From positions 5,697,123 through 5,753,140 of the forward strand of contig NC_068992.1 in the NCBI RefSeq assembly GCF_001194135.2: 56,018 nt of DNA. The letters are read 5' to 3'. Positions within the stretch are counted from its first letter, which is position 1, and each line of letters begins with the position of its first letter. Below are positions 26,501-40,600 of this stretch, piece after piece. The position numbers and the translations under genes are program-made. The notes under the pieces are model-generated. The model was not told the DNA's origin. It ran no database searches and saw nothing but the letters and a program-made list of their open reading frames with translations. Source of the DNA: Octopus bimaculoides. Its lineage: Eukaryota.

Positions 26501-28529
26501 AGCTTTCTGTTTCTCATATAACTCGGTTCCTCTCTGTCTTTATTTAATTAAAACTCATATTCGTTCCTGCAACATTGCTTTTAAGTGCATGCTTTCGATG
26601 ATATTGCACTCTTGCGTATAATTTATCAAACTATTATTTATAAAGTATTCTACCTCGTCTTGTAACAATAGATTGGTTCTGTTCACTCCAAAATCTTTAT
26701 AAATACATTTCTTCTTTCTTACAGAACACTTAAAGCGAACAATTTCTCGTTTTCAAAACATTTATGAATTTTCAATTTGGAAGGTTTCAGAGGATTTAAA
26801 ACTTTGTTTATGAGTAAATAATATCTGTACGGCCATTAACCTTGTTAGAACTATCAAATGAATATCTCCACGATTGTGCATCACCGACTTAAAATAAAAT
26901 AATGCTTAGCAGATGGTTACATAATTTTTAGTTATATTATATTTAGAAAAATAGAGTGGTTGATTATTGCTGGGATACCTTTATAAAAGTCTTTTGATTC
27001 AAAATAATCTGAAGCTAAACACAAACAATAACAATGTTTTAAATTATGATACCTCAAAGTATCCATTTACAGCAAAGATGCATGTAATAATGTCTGATAA
27101 GGGAAACGTGGTCATGGCAATAACCAAGGATGCCGATAATATATTTCTTCTAAATACCACTATGTGTTAATGTCTAAGTTAGTTAAGTCTCCATTTTAAA
27201 GAACAATAAAGAGCCTAAGATACTATGTATGTTTTAAATACTAAATTGAAGTTTTTGGTAAGAAATTTATCACCTCTTGTGGGTATGGAGATGCATGAAA
27301 ATCACGGCAATAACTAGACGATGATAAATATGTCAAATGCATCTATTAGCGATATGATTAAATTCTAAATTTGACTCTCAGCAACGGCTGAATATGCTTG
27401 TTATCGTGTGTAATATCATATTTATCTTTCATCTCACTAAACACATGGCTATCACATGCCTTTAAGTATATTTATCCGACAGAAACAAGACCTTCGCGGT
27501 ATCTTCGTAATACCAACCTTGTAATGACATAAACATTCGTATTTATCCATTACACTTGAAATCAATAGAATTACAGTTACTGAACTGTATGATGAGCTTC
27601 TATTTTGGTTTGTAAAATTGTTGAGTATTTGGAGACATTATCCTAGTACAGATAGAGCTTACTAAATTTCAATATAAATACATATGCATTATATATATTA
27701 AAGAAACATATTGACATATATGTATATTTATACACATACATATATGATATATTACATATATTGCACACACATACGTATATATATATGTATATATATATAT
27801 ATATATAAAGAATTAAACTTGTACGTATGGATCAATGTTCGTCGATGAAACAAAGAACTGTGAAATATTATCTACCATCGTTTGACAGGTTGACATCAAA
27901 TATCTGTTGGTGAAAACCAGTTACAACACTACATGATTATAATATAGGTGCTATTCTGATAGGTTTCCTTCAGATGGCTGTTCACAGTCGGCTAATTATC
28001 TTTATTAGTTAAATTGATTTTTCAGTCTTGTAGATTTTGCTTGAGGCCATCTAAATTGATTGTTTTGCAGATACTATCACTGCTGTTTCTACTAGTGTTC
28101 CTAATACTGTTGCTCTTCCCGCTCAAAATAATGCTGCGTTTTCCCACACGTAATAGTGCTGCTCCTAATTTTCTTTCTCAACAATAACCCTTTATGCTGT
28201 ATATGTTACAGTTATTATACACAAAAACACATGCACACACACGTAAACGCATACATACACACACACACATATACATACACCCGCAGTTTCATTCATGCAT
28301 GCATATAATCACATGTCACTTTTCTACCACCTGTCTCGTTCCTTCTTTCTGTATATACATGTGTGTATCACTGTATATGCGTGTGAATAAATTTATTGAT
28401 GTATATACGCACACATGCATACATATGCACACATCACAAGTATAATGTTCATATGCAAATATATATATAAATATAATCATACATATTTATAGGAATATAG
28501 GTTTGTGTGTATGATATGCATGTGCGTTT

Positions 28530-28582
28530 TAATATGCGTGTATTTATGTATTTATATATATGTGAGGGTGTGTGTGTTCGTG

Positions 28583-28629
<47 letters not shown>

Positions 28630-28790
28630 ACGAAATATATATATATATATATGTATATGTATATATATGTATATATCTATATATACATACATATATAGAT
28701 ATATGTATATATACATATAGAAACAAATACATATATGGGTTTGTGTGGGTGTATATGTGTAAGCATGTACACGCGTGCATGTGTATGTAT
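28530..28790. repeat. Degenerate (AT)/(GT) microsatellite field
   Basis: Source of the overlapping YIYI/CVCV ORFs. Confidence 0.9.
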
Positions 28791-29228
28791 ATGCTACCCT
28801 TGTAGCCAACCTAACTTTATGCCATATTCACTCTATGACTTCTTTGTGAACTTGTCACTTTTACATTGCGACTTCACATTGTCTCTTAGTGACATCAATG
28901 GAAAGCAAGAGACGGATCAATAGCATATAATTGAATTGGTAATTAATCAGTATTGAAAAGAAAGATCAGTGCCACATAGCATTCACTTAGGTAATATAGG
29001 CGCCGTCTGGGTAGTGGTGATGCTGCTGTTGATGCTCGAGGTTATGAGTGGAAGATATGATGGAGGGATCTTGGCTAGTAGCAGCAAAATATTAGCGTCT
29101 CCGATCTCCATCTTCTTAATAAGGTTGTTGACGTTGTGGCTGTTTATATTTTTATTGGTAATGAATGTGATGTTTTTGCTTTATGCATATTTTTTTATAT
29201 ATATATACATATATATATACATATATAT

Positions 29229-29975
29229 NNNNNNNNNNNNNNNNNNNNNNNNNNNNNNNNNNNNNNNNNNNNNNNNNNNNNNNNNNNNNNNNNNNNNNNN
29301 NNNNNNNNNNNNNNNNNNNNNNNNNNNNNNNNNNNNNNNNNNNNNNNNNNNNNNNNNNNNNNNNNNNNNNNNNNNNNNNNNNNNNNNNNNNNNNNNNNNN
29401 NNNNNNNNNNNNNNNNNNNNNNNNNNNNNNNNNNNNNNNNNNNNNNNNNNNNNNNNNNNNNNNNNNNNNNNNNNNNNNNNNNNNNNNNNNNNNNNNNNNN
29501 NNNNNNNNNNNNNNNNNNNNNNNNNNNNNNNNNNNNNNNNNNNNNNNNNNNNNNNNNNNNNNNNNNNNNNNNNNNNNNNNNNNNNNNNNNNNNNNNNNNN
29601 NNNNNNNNNNNNNNNNNNNNNNNNNNNNNNNNNNNNNNNNNNNNNNNNNNNNNNNNNNNNNNNNNNNNNNNNNNNNNNNNNNNNNNNNNNNNNNNNNNNN
29701 NNNNNNNNNNNNNNNNNNNNNNNNNNNNNNNNNNNNNNNNNNNNNNNNNNNNNNNNNNNNNNNNNNNNNNNNNNNNNNNNNNNNNNNNNNNNNNNNNNNN
29801 NNNNNNNNNNNNNNNNNNNNNNNNNNNNNNNNNNNNNNNNNNNNNNNNNNNNNNNNNNNNNNNNNNNNNNNNNNNNNNNNNNNNNNNNNNNNNNNNNNNN
29901 NNNNNNNNNNNNNNNNNNNNNNNNNNNNNNNNNNNNNNNNNNNNNNNNNNNNNNNNNNNNNNNNNNNNNNNNNNN
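29229..29975. other. Assembly gap
   Basis: N run. Confidence 0.98.
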
Positions 29976-30189
29976 ATATTCATATATTTGATCCTTTATA
30001 TTGAACACTCAATATTTCATCTACATTCAATACTTTATTTCATGGTGCCATCCATTTTTATTTTATTTTATATTATATATTGTATATTATATTATATATT
30101 GTATATTCCATATTCTATACCCCACATTGGTTCTGCAGGAATATAAATAAAACATAAAAAACAGACAGTGTTGGAACTCTTTTAAACAA

Positions 30190-30230
<41 letters not shown>

Positions 30231-31627
30231 CATGCATACACACACAGACACAAGCATGCTCACACACATATATGTATGTATTTGTATATGTGTGCCTGTG
30301 TTCTCTCTTGATATACAGAGATTAGTGGACAGCAGTAGTCACTAAATATACGGCCTTCTATGTCTTCTTGAAATCAAACGTGGTATTTTTGGTGTTATCG
30401 ACCACTAGACCGAGAATCAGTCGGTATAGCCCTATTTATGACTGCAGACATTCCACGTGTCACGATTCCGTCTTCATTTCATACGTAATTACAAAAACAA
30501 CATGCATACACATACATATATGCAATATGGATGTATATATATATAAGGATAGATAGATAGAGAGATAGGGGAGAGGCACTCAGTTAGGCATACAGACAGA
30601 CAGACAGATAGATAGATAGATAAACAGACAGATACACGGAACGCGCGCCTATGTGTGTTGTACGTATACTCGGTAAGTTTTTCTTTAAACGTACATTACA
30701 TCATTGGGTAACAGACGATACACTAGACGTTGTTTTGTCGGTTCCACTAGAAGTATTCTCACGCCTGGAACATTTTTGAAAGTATGCCAGCTGAAACTTA
30801 CCTAACACTAAGCTACTATTAAATTAGAGAAGTTTGGCATCTCATAGTTATCCAAGCAACAAACATATATCTCTGTAATGTAAAATTATTTTCTGAAAAT
30901 AGAATTATTCTGATGAATGATGCATATCGCCTTCGTTTACTGGACAATTAGCTGAACATTGCACATTACTTAGTGTAATTAAATTGAAATTAATTAGACA
31001 AGCTACTGGACCTCAGAGAATTTGCCGATGTTGTTTAAACCCAAGTCATTTTTAACTTAATATATCTTCGGTTAAATCCATTTTGGCTTTAACCCTATTC
31101 CTGCTTTTTACGGTTTAAATAATGAGGCTTTCCTTTATACAATGCAGTCCTCCCTATACACATATAAATTCCAAGGTAGAATCAAAGATGTGCTATATAA
31201 CTTATCTTCATTTTAAACGTATTCTGGGTGTGATTCGTGAGAGTGAAATTGGGATATGTTAGAGAAAACACGACTGAATAATTACTTGGTTATAATTAAA
31301 TGAATAAACGGTAATACGAAGAGTGATGAACATTTCTTGGCTTTGAGGATCAGTTTATATGACTTTATTTAATTATTTCTCTTTACATTGACACATTTAT
31401 TGCAGAGGTCCAGTTTTCTAAGTCTTGTAAAAAGAACTAGGGATATTAGGCCCCTCAAACCAAGTCATTCACAACAGCCTTAAAGCCGGGAATGTGTCAG
31501 CACCCCTCATATAGACTAATTTGTGCGTCACATGTAAACAAATGTAAATTGCGGCGTGTGATCAAGAGCAGGATTATTTTAATTTTTTGTTAAATGGTGT
31601 ATAGATTTACTTCTTTCAGTTATTAGA

Positions 31628-31780
31628 CGATGGCCATACTGGGGCACAACCATTGAATTTTTTTCTCGAAGTAAGCATCAGTAGTAGTTAATTTTCTAGT
31701 CCAGTATTCATTCTATCGCTGAGGTTTGGAGAACCGCTATTTTACAGGGACCTAAGGACACCAACAATGGCTGTCAAGTT
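31628..31780 (-). mobile_element. Probable 3' part of a second cephalopod SINE (family B)
   Basis: gatggccatactggggcac...tattcattctatcg...gaaccgcta....acagggac.taa..acaccaaca.tggctgtcaag resembles a common octopus repeat as recalled; not confirmed by search. Confidence 0.4.
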
Positions 31781-32082
31781 GAAGGTTTTGTGATCAAATC
31801 AAATTTTGTAGGCACATCTTGTGCACTTCGTAAGAAATAGCAAACTACTCCAACTGATTGACGTTGGCATGTTATTAAGATGATATAGATACATTATAAA
31901 TATTATTTGAGGTATATTTCTCAGAGTTCTCAGTTCAAATCCTTCCTTTTCTCATCAACCTAATATAAGGAAAACCGGAAATTATCCATTTCAAGTTTCG
32001 AGAGATAGACATCTTGAATGAAATGGAGAGATGAAACAATCATAGTCTCCCAGTTTTCATGGGATGTGTTGCTGTGATATTG

Positions 32083-32119
<37 letters not shown>

Positions 32120-33784
32120 GTAGAAATAGTGATAGAAACAGAGAGAAAAAAATGGAAGCGAATTTATTTTCAGCTTTAGCAGCTTCATGCATAGAAAAAG
32201 TCTGTTACATAAATCTAAATCAACCCTCGAATTATGAATATAAAGAAAGGCGATTTGAAAATGTGTGTCATTTATTTTAGTCATTCATATTAAAACACAT
32301 GAATTTTTGAACGAAGTTTGTTTAATTAAATTCCTCATATATTTAATGAAATCTCATTTCCTGTGAACAAATATTTCTGATTGTGTGAGCACACACATAT
32401 GCACAAATACGCATATATCCACAAATACACACGTACATACATACAGACATTTGTCGATACACAAATTACGACACACCTATATATATGTCTGTGTGTGTGT
32501 ATACTTTTATGCACTGTCTGTTGATATCAATGTTTGTGCACGATCATAAATGCCTTTACCTGGAAAAATCTTTGTGTATGCGTGTGGATACGATTGCGTG
32601 TGTATATAACTGAAATATATGAGTGTGAAAGCGATCATGTGTGTATGTAAGTGAAAGAAAAGCATACATATATAATGTGTTTTCTGAACATGATCTGCCG
32701 GAACATCCTAAAATTATTAAAATATTATATAATACATCACACCAAAATATATTTAATTAATACTTCTAAATAGAAAATGAATCTGGAAAAAATAGCAAGA
32801 GCGATGACGACAAAAGAAAAATGCAGAAACAAAACAGAGAATATAGCGAAGCCATGCTATACACTTAACGGTAAGTCAAGTCAGGTGACAGCATCTCAAC
32901 TGCAATAACATATAAATATCAATACTATAAAATTTCATTAAGAATTTTTAATTAATATAATCTCGACAGGAATGTAATATCTATTTAATTGTCTTTTGTC
33001 GTTGCATCTAATGTGTTGCTAACATTATAGCATTTCCCCCTCCAATTTAATTTTTCGTATTCGTAAAACCATAAAGTATTTGATGTGGGATGTTGCAGTC
33101 AAGTAAATGGAAATAAATACAAAACGATTACGTGTCACGAAGACTAAGCATTGTTTACCTGCTGTTAGCTGGAGGTTTATTTATTTTTTTTTTTAATCCC
33201 AGACGGACACAAACAAGTTGTGTCAAAACAAATGAAGAATAAGATCAAAGAAAAACTGACATTTCGTAGGGAAAGATGTATAAATACACGGGTTGATCGT
33301 AGAATGCTGTGTAAAACAACAATGTGTATTTGAACCTATAGTCCACATCGTTGGTCTACGTTCGTAACTTCTAAAATTCCAGTTTAACAAGATCAGGACA
33401 TGGCGATCTTAAACATGTCATAACAGTCCTTCAAGTTTTGAAAAGGTACAGTATATATCTAGTTTCTAAATCTTATGTTATTTTACTATGTTGAATAATG
33501 ACGATAGACATGGCTTCTAACACTCGTGTGACGATTATTTCTCTCGATACATGATCCATATAAGTATACTTATTCTTGGCTAAACCGGTCACTTCTGTGG
33601 AATTATTAGACAAGCATCAGACGTTAAATTTCTATAATGGAGCCACTTCGTACAGTAAACTGTGAAGAAAATTAGATTTAGGAATATTATGATACCTCTT
33701 GGTGCCCTTGTTCCATCACAAACCACTGATTATCAAGTTGATACTGATATAGAAAAAGTCAATTCCTTTATAGAGCAGACATGA

Positions 33785-33925
33785 CTGTGATAAGAACTTT
33801 GATTCTTAACCACATGGTCTCGATTTCAGTCTCATTGTGTGGCAATTTATGTAATGTCTTATCCAGTAGCCTCGAGACCGAACCTGAAAGAAGCTCATCG
33901 TATATATGTGCGTGTGTGTGTATAC
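33785..33925 (+). mobile_element. Probable SINE family B 5' part
   Basis: tgtgataagaa...ttaaccacatggtctcgatttcagtctcattgtgtggca...gtcttatccagtagcctcgagaccga...ctgaaagaagctcatcgtatatat: degenerate tRNA-like head leading into an internal microsatellite, as recalled for an octopus SINE. Confidence 0.45.
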
Positions 33926-35598
33926 GTACATACTCACATATTATGCACCAAGGACAGGTTTGTGAAAAAAAAGGATGACTATTTGTTGGTAGTCACCCTC
34001 GATGCATTTGCTTTAGGTGTATACATCAGGCTGACATGGAAGTAAGTACCAACATGAAGAGAATAGGAAGCCCGTAATCACAAACTACTAGCTGTGGTAA
34101 TGTGGTCGTTATTGTCCTAAGATCTCCGACATCGTAACACTATAATTTCGCAATATTTATATTGACGCAATTCTTTGCATTTATCTTCAAAATAAGATTC
34201 CGAAATTTTAGTGAGCCCATCTTCTTCAGTTTTATACTTATTACTTCGATATCTTCCCCCTTTATTCTCGTCTGATTAATACCAGTCCCTGCAACCGAAA
34301 ATCTCATCATTGTTATCAATTTCCTTTAATTTTATAGCCTCTTTTCCAATGTAACATTACAGCTACAGAAGAATATGGACATTTTCGATTTATTCCAACA
34401 TATTGACGTAACAATAAAATTGACATCTAGCAAAATCCTTCGATCTGAAAACTTTTCGGTAAGATTTTAAGTTACCACATTATTGAAACAACAGCATTTG
34501 CTTTGCAGTCGCTTCCTCTTCTTGTAATTTCCACAATATAGCTATGCCAATTATGTTTGCAACAGCAATTCTACTATATCTGCAGCAGCAAATTGCCTTT
34601 AATACTTTTGATCTTCAAAGATTGCCGCTTCACTTCTTAGAATTCGATTTAACCGTTACAATCTCCACAGAATTGTTAAATATATTTAACTCCTCCTTTT
34701 TACTGAGTAGTAACATTTAGCCTTTCTTCACATATTTTGTTTGCTTTCTATTGCACATATTCTCACATATGAGTAACAACATTTACACGTGAATGAAGTT
34801 TTTATTTTCATATCAATAAAAAATAAATAGGATAAAACTGTATAATCAATATTATCAGCAGTGTTTTTTTTTTATATTGTAGTCAGTCTGTTTGATACAT
34901 TGATCGATGGTCAAGGTTTTGAACTTGTAACTCACTGAATTATTTTATGCTCCACCTTACTAACATATTATCAAGGAGGGTCGGGTTGTTTACTTAACCT
35001 TGACTATGTCTAGTCAATTGTGTAATTAAACTCGTGTGTTTAATGCTGATGTCACCAGCTGTCTGTCGACTCTGTTAGCATAGTGACGCAGGCAAACGCA
35101 TGCTGAAGCCTACGCACGTATACATGCCGGAATGTAAACTTACGTACTCACACGCACACACACACATATGTATGTTTATACATGTATATATGTACTTATT
35201 GGTGCGTATGGAAGGGTAGATATACAGTAGTAAAATATTAAAAATAGACAGAAAATTAAATTTCGATATTTATCAATAACCTACTGAATATGTGAGATGC
35301 ATGTGTTTCTTTAATCAGTAACTAATTATCACACAGTAATTTGTTTTGGCTGACGCTTTTAGTCTTCCCACCAGCTCTGCATATTTTCCTATCAGAGTGC
35401 TAGCATACCATAAATGTCTCAGTTTTAGCAACATAGAATCTGATCAGTAAATCGATATGAACTCCATTGAGAAGATAATAATAAGACTTCCCCTAACATC
35501 ACTATTAGGATAATACTGGAACATGTAAAAAGATTTACAATTGGTATCCATGTTTTCAATATCATATCTATGCTTATGTACATGTGCATGTACATGTG

Positions 35599-35608
35599 NN
35601 NNNNNNNN
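35599..35608. other. Assembly gap (10 N)
   Basis: N run. Confidence 0.98.
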
Positions 35609-35994
35609 TATATATATATATGTTTGTCTGTGCGTATGCGTGTGTGTTTGAGTATGTGTGCGCGCGCGTTCAGTCTTCATCTCCAAGAATTTTCCGATGT
35701 CAGTAATTAACAATACTCATGGCTGTATGTGTATCATGCATATATGATGAATTCCACGTGTATTTACCAATCGTATCGGAAGCACATGTTAGTCGATAAT
35801 ATTATTTACGCATAACAGCTGTGATCTTCAGCCAGTATACAAATTCAGAGAAAAAGAGTCTTGAAAATCACTGATTAAAATAATTAATCCATGATGGTTG
35901 TTGTTTCTGTAAATCCGATATTTTCCTTCACCAAGCTTCATTTATTATATTTACCAAAATTAGATATTTTAACAGTTATTTTTTCAAAGCTATA

Positions 35995-36297
35995 CTGGAA
36001 GTTACAAAAGAGCATATATAGCATATTTTGCTTAATTAATTCAATAAAGGCAACGACGCAACGGAAAATGCGAGGAATATTAACGCAGTATATTGGGATC
36101 GGATAATAAACGTAAACCAGTGTCAACAGTTGTTCCAGATATTCCCGGCCTGAAACTACTGCTTTTAACACGAACCTCATCCTGGAAGATTTGCAGAGCT
36201 TGACGAGGGTATCCTGCAAAACCTGGAGGAAGAGAATACCATCGTAACTGTAGAAGAACTAGCAGAGAAGCTTGAATTTGGTCATTTGAGCATCGTA
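35995..36297 (+). pseudogene. Mariner transposase N-terminal HTH remnant (Mos1/Hsmar1-like)
   Basis: Single frame: LEVTKEHI*HILLN*FNKGNDATENARNINAVYWDRIINVNQCQQLFQIFPA*NYCF*HEPHPGRFAELDEGILQNLEEENTIVTVEELAEKLEFGHLSIV. Shows the IRHILLYEF.KG..A....RNIN..YG, CQ.WF..F and GRP-linker pattern. Four stops, no indels. Confidence 0.88.
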
Positions 36298-36393
36298 GAA
36301 AATGAAAGAGAGTATATTTTAAATTAAAAAAGGATTCCGTATAGCTTAATTTTGAAATATAAAAGAAGTATTTAAAAAATGCATTAGTAATGG

Positions 36394-36512
36394 CTGTGGG
36401 TCTCAAACTTTTGTAGGCTGCCACCCTTTTGGCACCCGAGCGACGTTTCTAGAGGCCCTCACCCCGGCTAACTTAGCCAAAGAGGCGGTACTTCCCACCT
36501 TGGGAAGCACTG
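36394..36512. mobile_element. hAT (Charlie-like) MITE
   Basis: Imperfect TIRs CTGTGGGTCTCAAAC...CCTTGGGAAGCACTG resembling CAGTGGTTCCCAAAC; flanks AGTAATGG / ATTTATGG are a 6/8 match, consistent with an 8-bp TSD. Confidence 0.65.
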
Positions 36513-36632
36513 ATTTATGGAATGACCCGACCCAGTGTATAAAAGAATATATTTGTAGGAATATTTGCATATATACTGGGTTTTATTTTAAGGTGTGTAT
36601 TCTTTGAGGATACATACATGAACACATGAACT

Positions 36633-36675
<43 letters not shown>

Positions 36676-36721
36676 GTGCGTGTGTGCCTCTGTGTGTATG
36701 TATACATATTGATATTTGTAA

Positions 36722-36752
<31 letters not shown>

Positions 36753-36836
36753 ATATAGATAGCTAGATAGATACCTACATACATATTTATGTGTGTGTAT
36801 GTATATTTGAATATATACATATGTATATATATTCGA

Positions 36837-36871
<35 letters not shown>

Positions 36872-37271
36872 NNNNNNNNNNNNNNNNNNNNNNNNNNNNN
36901 NNNNNNNNNNNNNNNNNNNNNNNNNNNNNNNNNNNNNNNNNNNNNNNNNNNNNNNNNNNNNNNNNNNNNNNNNNNNNNNNNNNNNNNNNNNNNNNNNNNN
37001 NNNNNNNNNNNNNNNNNNNNNNNNNNNNNNNNNNNNNNNNNNNNNNNNNNNNNNNNNNNNNNNNNNNNNNNNNNNNNNNNNNNNNNNNNNNNNNNNNNNN
37101 NNNNNNNNNNNNNNNNNNNNNNNNNNNNNNNNNNNNNNNNNNNNNNNNNNNNNNNNNNNNNNNNNNNNNNNNNNNNNNNNNNNNNNNNNNNNNNNNNNNN
37201 NNNNNNNNNNNNNNNNNNNNNNNNNNNNNNNNNNNNNNNNNNNNNNNNNNNNNNNNNNNNNNNNNNNNNNN
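36872..37271. other. Assembly gap
   Basis: N run flanked by (AT)n. Confidence 0.98.
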
Positions 37272-37666
37272 TATATATATATATATATGATAGATGTACA
37301 TCCCTATGTATGTATATATAGCACTTTTATGCTTATTTTTTATTGTTTTATTTGTTGACTATATATCTATTGCCTGTGGCATGAACTAGTTAACTCAATA
37401 ATTAAATCACCATCTTTTTATATATTCATTATGCGACAATAAATTATTCATAAATATATATTTCAGAAAGCCTGAATCGCCGTTCATATTTAAGGTGCTT
37501 TTGCATCCTGTTTATCAACTCATGTGTCCCTATCTAGCTCTGAGTGATAAAGGATTTTTTTTTATTTAAACGAATATGAAAAACATTTTGATATGCGAAC
37601 TGGAAATTATCATGGAACCATATCACTTACTTTAATAAACAATACTATCATGCAAAAATAGCTATT

Positions 37667-37868
37667 AGCTGGCAGAAACGGTAGCACTCCGGGCTAAATG
37701 CTTAGCGGTATTTCGTCTGTCTTTACGTTTTTGTTCAAATTACGCCGAGGTTGACTTTTCCTTTCAGGATCGATAAATTAAGTACCAGTTGCGTACTGAG
37801 GCCAATCTAATCGACTTCCCCCTCCCCCGAAATTTCGGACCCTGTGCCTAGAGTAGAAAAAATATTAT
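37667..37868 (+). mobile_element. SINE family A, best-preserved copy
   Basis: agctggcagaaacggtagcactccgggctaaatgcttagcggtatttcgtc...gttcaaattacgccgaggttgac...gatcgataaattaagtaccagttgcgtactgagg...aatcgacttccccctccccc...gtgcctagagtagaaaa; A-box-like and B-box-like (GTTCAAAT) segments. Confidence 0.9.
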
Positions 37869-38829
37869 TATCCAAAAACAAGTCCAGTAGTAAAAGGTTA
37901 TACTGGGTATATTGATACATTTCACAGTATAAGAAGTGGAAGTAAATTATAGAACATTTCACTATTCGATTTCTGCCATGGGTCTTTTTTCCGTGACAAA
38001 TATTTCTATTAATTGCTTAATGTGATGAAACTTATAGTTTCCAATAGTTGAAGATATACTGGTGACTTTAATATATGACCAAGATAATGTTCTGCGTAAC
38101 GTCGTATTGTTGTATGAAAACTTTCATACATTTCGGCATATTGTAAACTTTCGGATGCGGTCTCCGATCCGTGCATATATCGATACTTAGATAAGCTAAT
38201 TCCGTTTGCACTGTTCCGAGTATTCGTTTCTTCTTTTTCCATTATTCACATCAGTATCGGAGACACTTGCAAATCTTTGAATATAGCTTCTCTTATTTTA
38301 ACTAAGCCACAGAATGAAGAGAGTTTAATGTTAGTGCATCATTGAATCGACCATTTGATATGTAAAATTCGTATTTTTGCTTACTTCCGTCCAGTGCACC
38401 AAGATTTTAGTCATTTTCATTAATAGAAACTTTAGTACTTTCTAAATCTCTTAAAACGTGCAGAAGTATAATTTCACTATTATTTGCGACCAGATGTAAG
38501 AGATGCAATAGATGTCCAAGAGTCTGTATGTACCTAGTCACAAACATCAAACTTCAAAGAAAACATTATACGAAAGATTAGTTCGCAGGAAGTTGAATCT
38601 GTCTTACCTGGGGCTGACTCCGCCTGTGACACTATGGGAGATTGGTAAACTGAGAAGGACATCCTGTTGTCGAGGTTTAGGTAATATATTGGTTTCCAAA
38701 TAGGACCAGGTAGCGTTTCCTTTCCAAGGAGACCTACGCACTGGTACATCGTAGTTACAATGTGATACCTTTGTGGAGACCTTTGTGATTTTCTTCAGCG
38801 TTTCAGATGTAGTGTCATCGGAGCACTGG

Positions 38830-39030
38830 GGCTCGACAAGCCAAAGCTAGTCCGCGAAATCTGCGAGAAAATGGAGAGTCAGCTTCATACGTTCGACTCC
38901 CGCACCGCCTACAGAGAAATTACTAACCTCAGGAGTGTGAGAATCATTCACTTCGAATTAACATCAATCTATTACACTCTGATGGCTCACTTCTGACTGA
39001 GAAACCAAAGGTGGTGTCTCACCAGGCAGC
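38830..39030 (+). pseudogene. RTE-like LINE ORF2 remnant (EN-RT linker), inside a GC-richer block of about 38560-39340
   Basis: LDKPKLVREICEKMESQLHTFDSRTAYREITNLRS, then HSDGSLLTEKPKVVSHQAAHF, matching the linker motifs D...F....CE.....L...D.R.AY..I..LR and DG.LLT.......RW..HF. Confidence 0.6.
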
Positions 39031-40216
39031 GCACTTTTGCGGGTATCCAACCATGCATCTACTCAGAAATTGAAATGCGTCATGTTCCTCGCATGAATCG
39101 AGAACGCCATCTCAGTCCTTGTGAAAGTGTTGCTGGATTTGTCAAGCTATACTCGGCATACCCTGTTCAATAGAATCCTGCTGGGTTGATTTTTAGTGTA
39201 GGTCGCTCACATGGGACGTGATTACTGCAAATGAGAAGGTGTCTCGCAGAAAGGATGACTTACAGGGACCCTGCTCGTCGGTTTGACCTGGGAATGTACC
39301 GACAAATGATGAAAGCAGGATCGCACTGCAGCATCGCTTCCCCCCACTCCTAACCTGACCTAAAACGTAGGAATTGTTTCAATTGATAAAATCGCGTCAA
39401 TATTTACACTCCGACATCTACAAAAATAAAATTCACTTTCTAACATTACAAATGAGTTGAAAGTGAGATTACACTGCATCATAAGTGAATATTGCTCTAA
39501 ATATTTTGCTGGGAATATTGCCGTTTAGTTTCAGATCATATTTGAAGGAACAATTCATTTTGTGATCTAACATGTAACATCAGTAAACATGCTATATTAT
39601 TTCTGACTTATCGAAAGTCTTCTTTACTCTTTTAAAATGTTAGTGTATGGTTTCAACAATTTGTGGTTGATATTACCGGTTGGTCGAGTAACTGCATATT
39701 TTGCCTCCTTTGCCTTGTAGATATAAATGTTATTAATATCTGCTTCCTTGAAAATCAATATATCCTATTGACAGAACGTTCAACACATTCTACAAATATG
39801 TGGTAGCGATACCAATGCCTATTTCTTCGGTAGACCAGATCTTATAGCAGAAGTACGGTGAAAAAGTTTCCCGTGTGGACAGTAAAACATAGCTTACCTA
39901 AAACAGTTGTTTAATATACCAGTTCAAGAAATATCACAGACAAATATAAATATAAATTATGTATAACCTGGTTATCAGTGCGTAGGGCGATAAACAGCAG
40001 TGGAATACAGTTACCCACCAAACATGAATATTATTGATGAGTTCTACCTAATATGTCACATCAGCAGTAGTATCTTGCGTCTTGTATCTCCAATTTAGTG
40101 CTGTTTCAGAATTGCTTATTCCTCATTTTCATATTTAAGATTTAAATATTAATTGTCTTTTTTTTCTTTACCTCACAGCCCTGATCAGGAACAAATGCCT
40201 TAGTACAAGGGCGTTG

Positions 40217-40319
40217 GAAGAAGAAGAAGAAAAAGAAGAAGAAGAAGAAGAAGAAGAAGAAGAAGAAGAAGAAGAAGAAGAAGAAGAAGAAGAAGAAGAA
40301 GAAGAAGAAGAAGAAGAAG
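40217..40319. repeat. (GAA)n microsatellite
   Basis: Source of the poly-E and poly-S ORFs. Confidence 0.98.
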
Positions 40320-40329
40320 CGGATGACTC

Positions 40330-40600
40330 AGGAGTTCTCAACGAACATGCGACAAAAACTGGTTCAGACGATACAAGGAAAGATCCACTGGCTTCCAAAC
40401 AAACCGGCATCTCTGGGGATCTTCTGTTGTGGAAGATGAGGGTTTACTTGAAATAATTGAACAACCAAGCACAATCACTCGTCAATTGTCGACAGAATTT
40501 GATCTGTCTCAAGGCACCATCAATGAACACTTTCATAAGCTCTTGATGAATTGACGAAAGAACAGGCTCATCGACGTACAGACATTTTCTAACAACTGCT
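40330..40600 (+). pseudogene. Mariner transposase remnant (HTH2 and linker)
   Basis: KNWFRRYKE...SSVVEDEGLLEIIEQPSTITRQLSTEFDLSQGTINEHFHKL, then after a frameshift DELTKEQAHRRTDIF*QLL (compare PHELT..QK..R..IC..LL); the WVP segment is deleted. Confidence 0.72.

Noticed and set aside
28060-28160. TTTGCAG followed by a Thr/Ala/Val-rich frame
   Set aside because: Looks like a decayed NNT triplet repeat; short and no convincing donor.
28969-29228. Hydrophobic ORF resembling a signal peptide and TM segment
   Set aside because: Low-complexity GTG/TTG-rich and T-rich sequence running into microsatellite and gap.
38009-38242. 77-aa minus-strand ORF MEKEETNTRN...
   Set aside because: Normal-looking composition but no recognised family or splice support.
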